64,000 nt of DNA from Massalongia carnosa. Its lineage: Eukaryota. Under the pieces are notes generated by a model. The model was given only the letters and a program-made list of their open reading frames with translations. It made no database searches and was not told where the DNA came from. Of this stretch, positions 60,356 through 64,000 are shown piece after piece. The position numbers and the translations under genes are program-made. The DNA lies in assembly GCA_965645245.1 (NCBI GenBank), contig OZ287079.1, forward strand, positions 372,001-436,000, in the 5' to 3' direction. Every line of letters starts with the position of its first letter. Position 1 is the stretch's first letter.

Positions 60356-61430
60356 CTACGGATAGAGGATATCGATGAAGTCTGGTATAGGCTCGTCGTC
60401 AATCAACTCCACCATCCCAATCTCAAAGTCAAATGACTCGGCCTTTAAAGGGTCATTGAAACCTTTTAAACTTACGTCCCTGGCCGCTGCTCCTTTGACC
60501 GGACTGGTCGTTGGAGACAATTGAATAGCTTCCCGCACTATCAGACGTAGATAGGATATAATCCAAACACCCTCACCGCCTGCAAGTCCGTAGGGGCGAC
60601 TGTGAGTCAACTAATTCCCTCAGCTTCGATAACTCATCAGTTCGAGTATCTCTTTACTTACTTGACTGGAATTATCAATTCGCCAAAAGCGAAACTCGTC
60701 TCCATCCGTGGTGACACCATAAACAACCTTGTTGATTTTTTGCAGCTCTTCTCTTTTACGATGTACCATCCCTTTCAGTTATCAGCGTCAGAAACCCCGT
60801 AATTCCGGTTGTAGTAAATTGCTCACCCATATACGCCGTTACTTGACCCTCCGCCTGGCGGAGCAAACCCTCTCTCCTGGTTTCTACAACCACCAAGTTG
60901 GTTGCCATGGATTCGTCTACGTCATACCACAGAGAATAATCGGCCAAGCCATGTAATAGGCGCTGCTCTTCTTTATACGTAACCCTGAAACTCAGCTTGG
61001 TTTCGAATTGAAGGAGCAAGGGGGCTGGCTCGATATTTGGTGTCGTGGGACGATTTGAGGATGCGGACGGGATATGCATAATACATTGATCTACAAGGGC
61101 TAACTTTTTTTCTTCGGCGATACAGCTGATAAGAATATCATTTATCTTTGCACGCGTAAGGGCTTCGTTGTATACGGAGCCGTTGGTTACAAATTCTATC
61201 TGTTTCAGCATTGAAACTAGAGTTCTTAGTGTCTTCGTAGCGACGGCCCATAAACAGGGCGGTATATACCCAGCAGCGGTGGCATCTCAAATTGCTGGGG
61301 CTTCGAGAGCGACCAGGCGTCATAGCTGGGATTGTGCTTCAGGTTAAATATTTTGCACGATTCCTTAAACGTGAGAGAACTATTGTAATTGAAGCTCTGC
61401 TGGCATAGTAAAAAGCTCACTTTTGAAACG
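60356..61430 (-). CDS. Multi-exon gene with a PD-(D/E)xK restriction-endonuclease-like domain; boundaries approximate
   Basis: NEALTR, GLADY, VVVETR, Q..AYM, YGVTTDG..FRF pattern; introns at about 61225-61270 and 60780-60825. Confidence 0.6.
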
Positions 61431-62418
61431 ATTGATATTTCTATCTACCTATCTAAGGACCGTGTTTATATAGATAGAAAAACATGCCGAAAACCGTTCT
61501 CCCTATGACTCACCTTCCTGCTTCCTAGAAATCTAAGATTGGTGATTGACTCATATCCAATTTATGACTCGATGGGAATGTTCATAGAAGTTTTGCGGTG
61601 CTTCTCGAGGTCGTTATGTGTTGCCTAATGTTCTTACCAACGCACTAATCCCAATGCGGTACTATGTGACTCTGAACACTTTACTAGGCATCAGCCGGGT
61701 GACTTTGCACATTACAACAAGAACTAGCGGCCAGCTTAACACGGATGATATCAGAGATGAAGTCGTTGACGAAGGGATTTCGGCCGAGTCACTTACCGAT
61801 TTTGGCTCTTAAAGCCTCTCCTCTATCTCTTTTTCGAAGGCGACTCGTCCTTCGGTGCTCAGTTTAGGCAACACATGTTTCTCAACCCATTCAAGCGAGA
61901 GGAACTGAGGCATCTTGACAAGTCGATGTGATGCGGGATACCGAGTGCAATAAAACACTTGTAGTGGGATAGCACTGGATTGAATGAAGGCTCGAGTCTG
62001 TATAGTAGATTGAAAAGGGAGTGATCTGAGATCGATGCAAAATGGAACAGGTTGATTCTGCACGTATAATAGTCAATGCCGGGCGTTGACCGTAGACAAT
62101 AGCAATGCAAGTGCGTAACCTTATAGGGCAAGTACGAGCCCTACGTATTCTGATTCTAGGGTTCCTGCATTAGGGTTCCCGTGTAGGGTTCCCGCCTCTG
62201 ATGATCTAATCTAATCTAATATAAACTGTACCTCCGTACTCTCAACGCTTTTACAGATGGGTAACTCGATTGGGAAGGTGTCCCTTATGGCACCCTACCT
62301 CTCCCGCTGCGCGCCCATTGCTGCGCCTCCTTGGCTCATCCGATCACTTCCTCGAAAGCCTTTAAAGCAAAGCACGCCAAAAGCACGCCAAACATTTTGT
62401 CGTCATTCATTGATCGCG

Positions 62419-63484
62419 ATGGCAGATCCCTTCAGCATACTCTATTATCAGCAGGCACAGGGTTTGCCGTCACCGCCGGAAAATTCATCGCGCAGCTCGC
62501 ATCAGTCAAGGATAATACGGGCATCATTATACAGCAGCTGAAGGTAATCACGCTGGACTGGTCGAAGCCGTGAACCTACGCCATCAAAACAGACCTTACC
62601 TGAGCGAGGCAGAGAAGCAGCGCGTGGATCGGGTGATAGAAGACACCAAGCATGCGGTGCCAAGAATCGCGAAGAATGTGGAACCCGCTCGTCGGGATGT
62701 GGCCAAAAGAGGGACAGTCAACGTGGTCGATCGATTTGACTGGGTACTCCGGAGAAGCGCTGCGGTCGAACTGTATCAACACAGTCTTGATGCGTGCCAG
62801 CGATCGCTGCAAGGTCAAATCGTGATGCTCCGGATGGCGGCTCTGGCCATCCCAACGCACATGCCTCCTCCGTATGGGGAGCTTTCGTGGAGTGATCGGG
62901 ATGCACATCCAGCCACGGAGAATCTTCTGGAGGAGGAAGGCACTCAGAAGACCCCGGTCGACGGAGAGGCTGACTCTAGTTCGGATGGAGATGGTATGTC
63001 GTGTCATGACAGAGGCGCGACTTCAAACGCTGACGCTTTTTTAGTACAAGTCGAGCATTCTCGCATGTCTCTTACTCGATCCGGAGATCCCTCCGATATT
63101 GTGGAACACAGGAACAAATTTTCTACAACAGGAACTCCTACACCGACCGTTTTGCATTCAGAGCGTATTTTGTATGAAGAGATGCAGCGGCTTCACAAAT
63201 CTCGGCGCCGAAGAGCGGGAGGGCGACTACATCCCAAGCGGGAATTGTATGAACAAATGCAATTATTTAGCAAATGCAATTATTTAGCAAGTGGAAGAAT
63301 TGATTGGTTAAAGGGTCATGGAACATTTCCACTTTCTAAAATACAAGTACGTGTATTCAAGGAGCGCCCCGAACCTGGTCTCCGCCCTTACTGCTTTCCG
63401 TCGCATAATCATCCTCCGCGTATTCTGGCTTACACAGTACCTCTGGATTTCGCAATTGCCGGCCGGAATTGTCCCCAGTTCTGA
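62419..63484 (+). pseudogene. Frameshifted gene with a fungal STAND N-terminal (HeLo-like/SesA-like) start
   Basis: MADPFSI start followed by amphipathic helices spread over three frames (62419, 62331-62573, 62570-63484); RFDWVL. Confidence 0.45.
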
Positions 63485-63857
63485 GCAAAACGGGGAAGGT
63501 CATGATTCGCCGCTTTCGTTTGACTCGTCGACCGGTTTGTTCACCGGCGCCATGTTTGGTGGCGGAGCGTTCCAGCGTCATGAACCATTCAAATTTGTAT
63601 GTTGCTGGCTGTAACAACAGCAGAACCCCAGTTTGTGCACCTTTCTTCATGATAGCCTCCAATTGAAGTTTCCGTGAAAAGCCGTCAGACCCTGGGCTCG
63701 CTAACACCGTTAACCGGTCATGCAAACTATTAACTGCATACTCAATCTGGGCTTCTCGCTCTCTTGTAACTTGCGCGCTTTCTCCCCTTTGACTTAGTCG
63801 TAGTAAACTCGCCGCATTTCGACGCAGCAAAGCGGATGCTGCAAATCGGACTGACAC
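63357..63857 (-). CDS. 3' part of a hypothetical gene that probably starts beyond the window
   Basis: Open frame without ATG; LLLQPATYKFEW..TFPVLLRTGD looks protein-like. Confidence 0.45.
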   Translation of the reverse strand: MSVRFAASALLRRNAASLLRLSQRGESAQVTREREAQIEYAVNSLHDRLTVLASPGSDGFSRKLQLEAIMKKGAQTGVLLLLQPATYKFEWFMTLERSATKHGAGEQTGRRVKRKRRIMTFPVLLRTGDNSGRQLRNPEVLCKPEYAEDDYATESSKGGDQVRGAP

Positions 63858-64000
63858 GAGTTAGTTCGGTTACTTCATCGGAATCCGCCGATTCAAGACT
63901 CACATTTCTCCGTACGATGGGAAGAAGCCATTCCCAACAGCGACACGACATCTGGTGGTAAAAACGTCACCTCCGGGTCCCCATCAAATACAATTCTCTC

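Noticed and set aside
62155..62195. Interstitial telomere
   Set aside because: Only one TTAGGG and no tandem hexamer run

Overview
This is eukaryotic DNA from a filamentous ascomycete (inferred from short GT-AG introns with CTRAC/CTAAY branch sites and from the transposon families present). It is a transposon-saturated accessory region, and more than half of it is stacked or nested mobile DNA: two Ty1/copia elements (one full-length with a single in-frame stop, one lacking RT but with apparently identical LTRs), two Ty3/gypsy elements with Tf1-type self-priming signatures, an apparently intact tyrosine-recombinase (DIRS/Ngaro-type) retrotransposon, three MULEs, two Tc1-like elements, two hAT relics, a pogo relic, a 5'-truncated Tad-like LINE and several solo LTRs. 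Host or cargo genes are a NACHT-ankyrin NLR pseudogene split by about 7 kb of insertions, a Spok-family (spore-killer-like) coiled-coil/nuclease/Cys-cluster/kinase ORF, three small secreted Cys-rich proteins (two of them paralogs), a secreted HExxH metalloprotease, a PD-(D/E)xK-like gene and some hypotheticals. The most unusual signals are: the Spok homolog with a D-to-N change in its predicted nuclease motif, inside a block bracketed by 118-bp inverted repeats; a 29-bp duplication of what looks like host intron flanking the YR retrotransposon; and a DD38E Tc1-like element whose target duplication appears to be GGT rather than TA. All family assignments come from motif recognition by eye; no database search was run.
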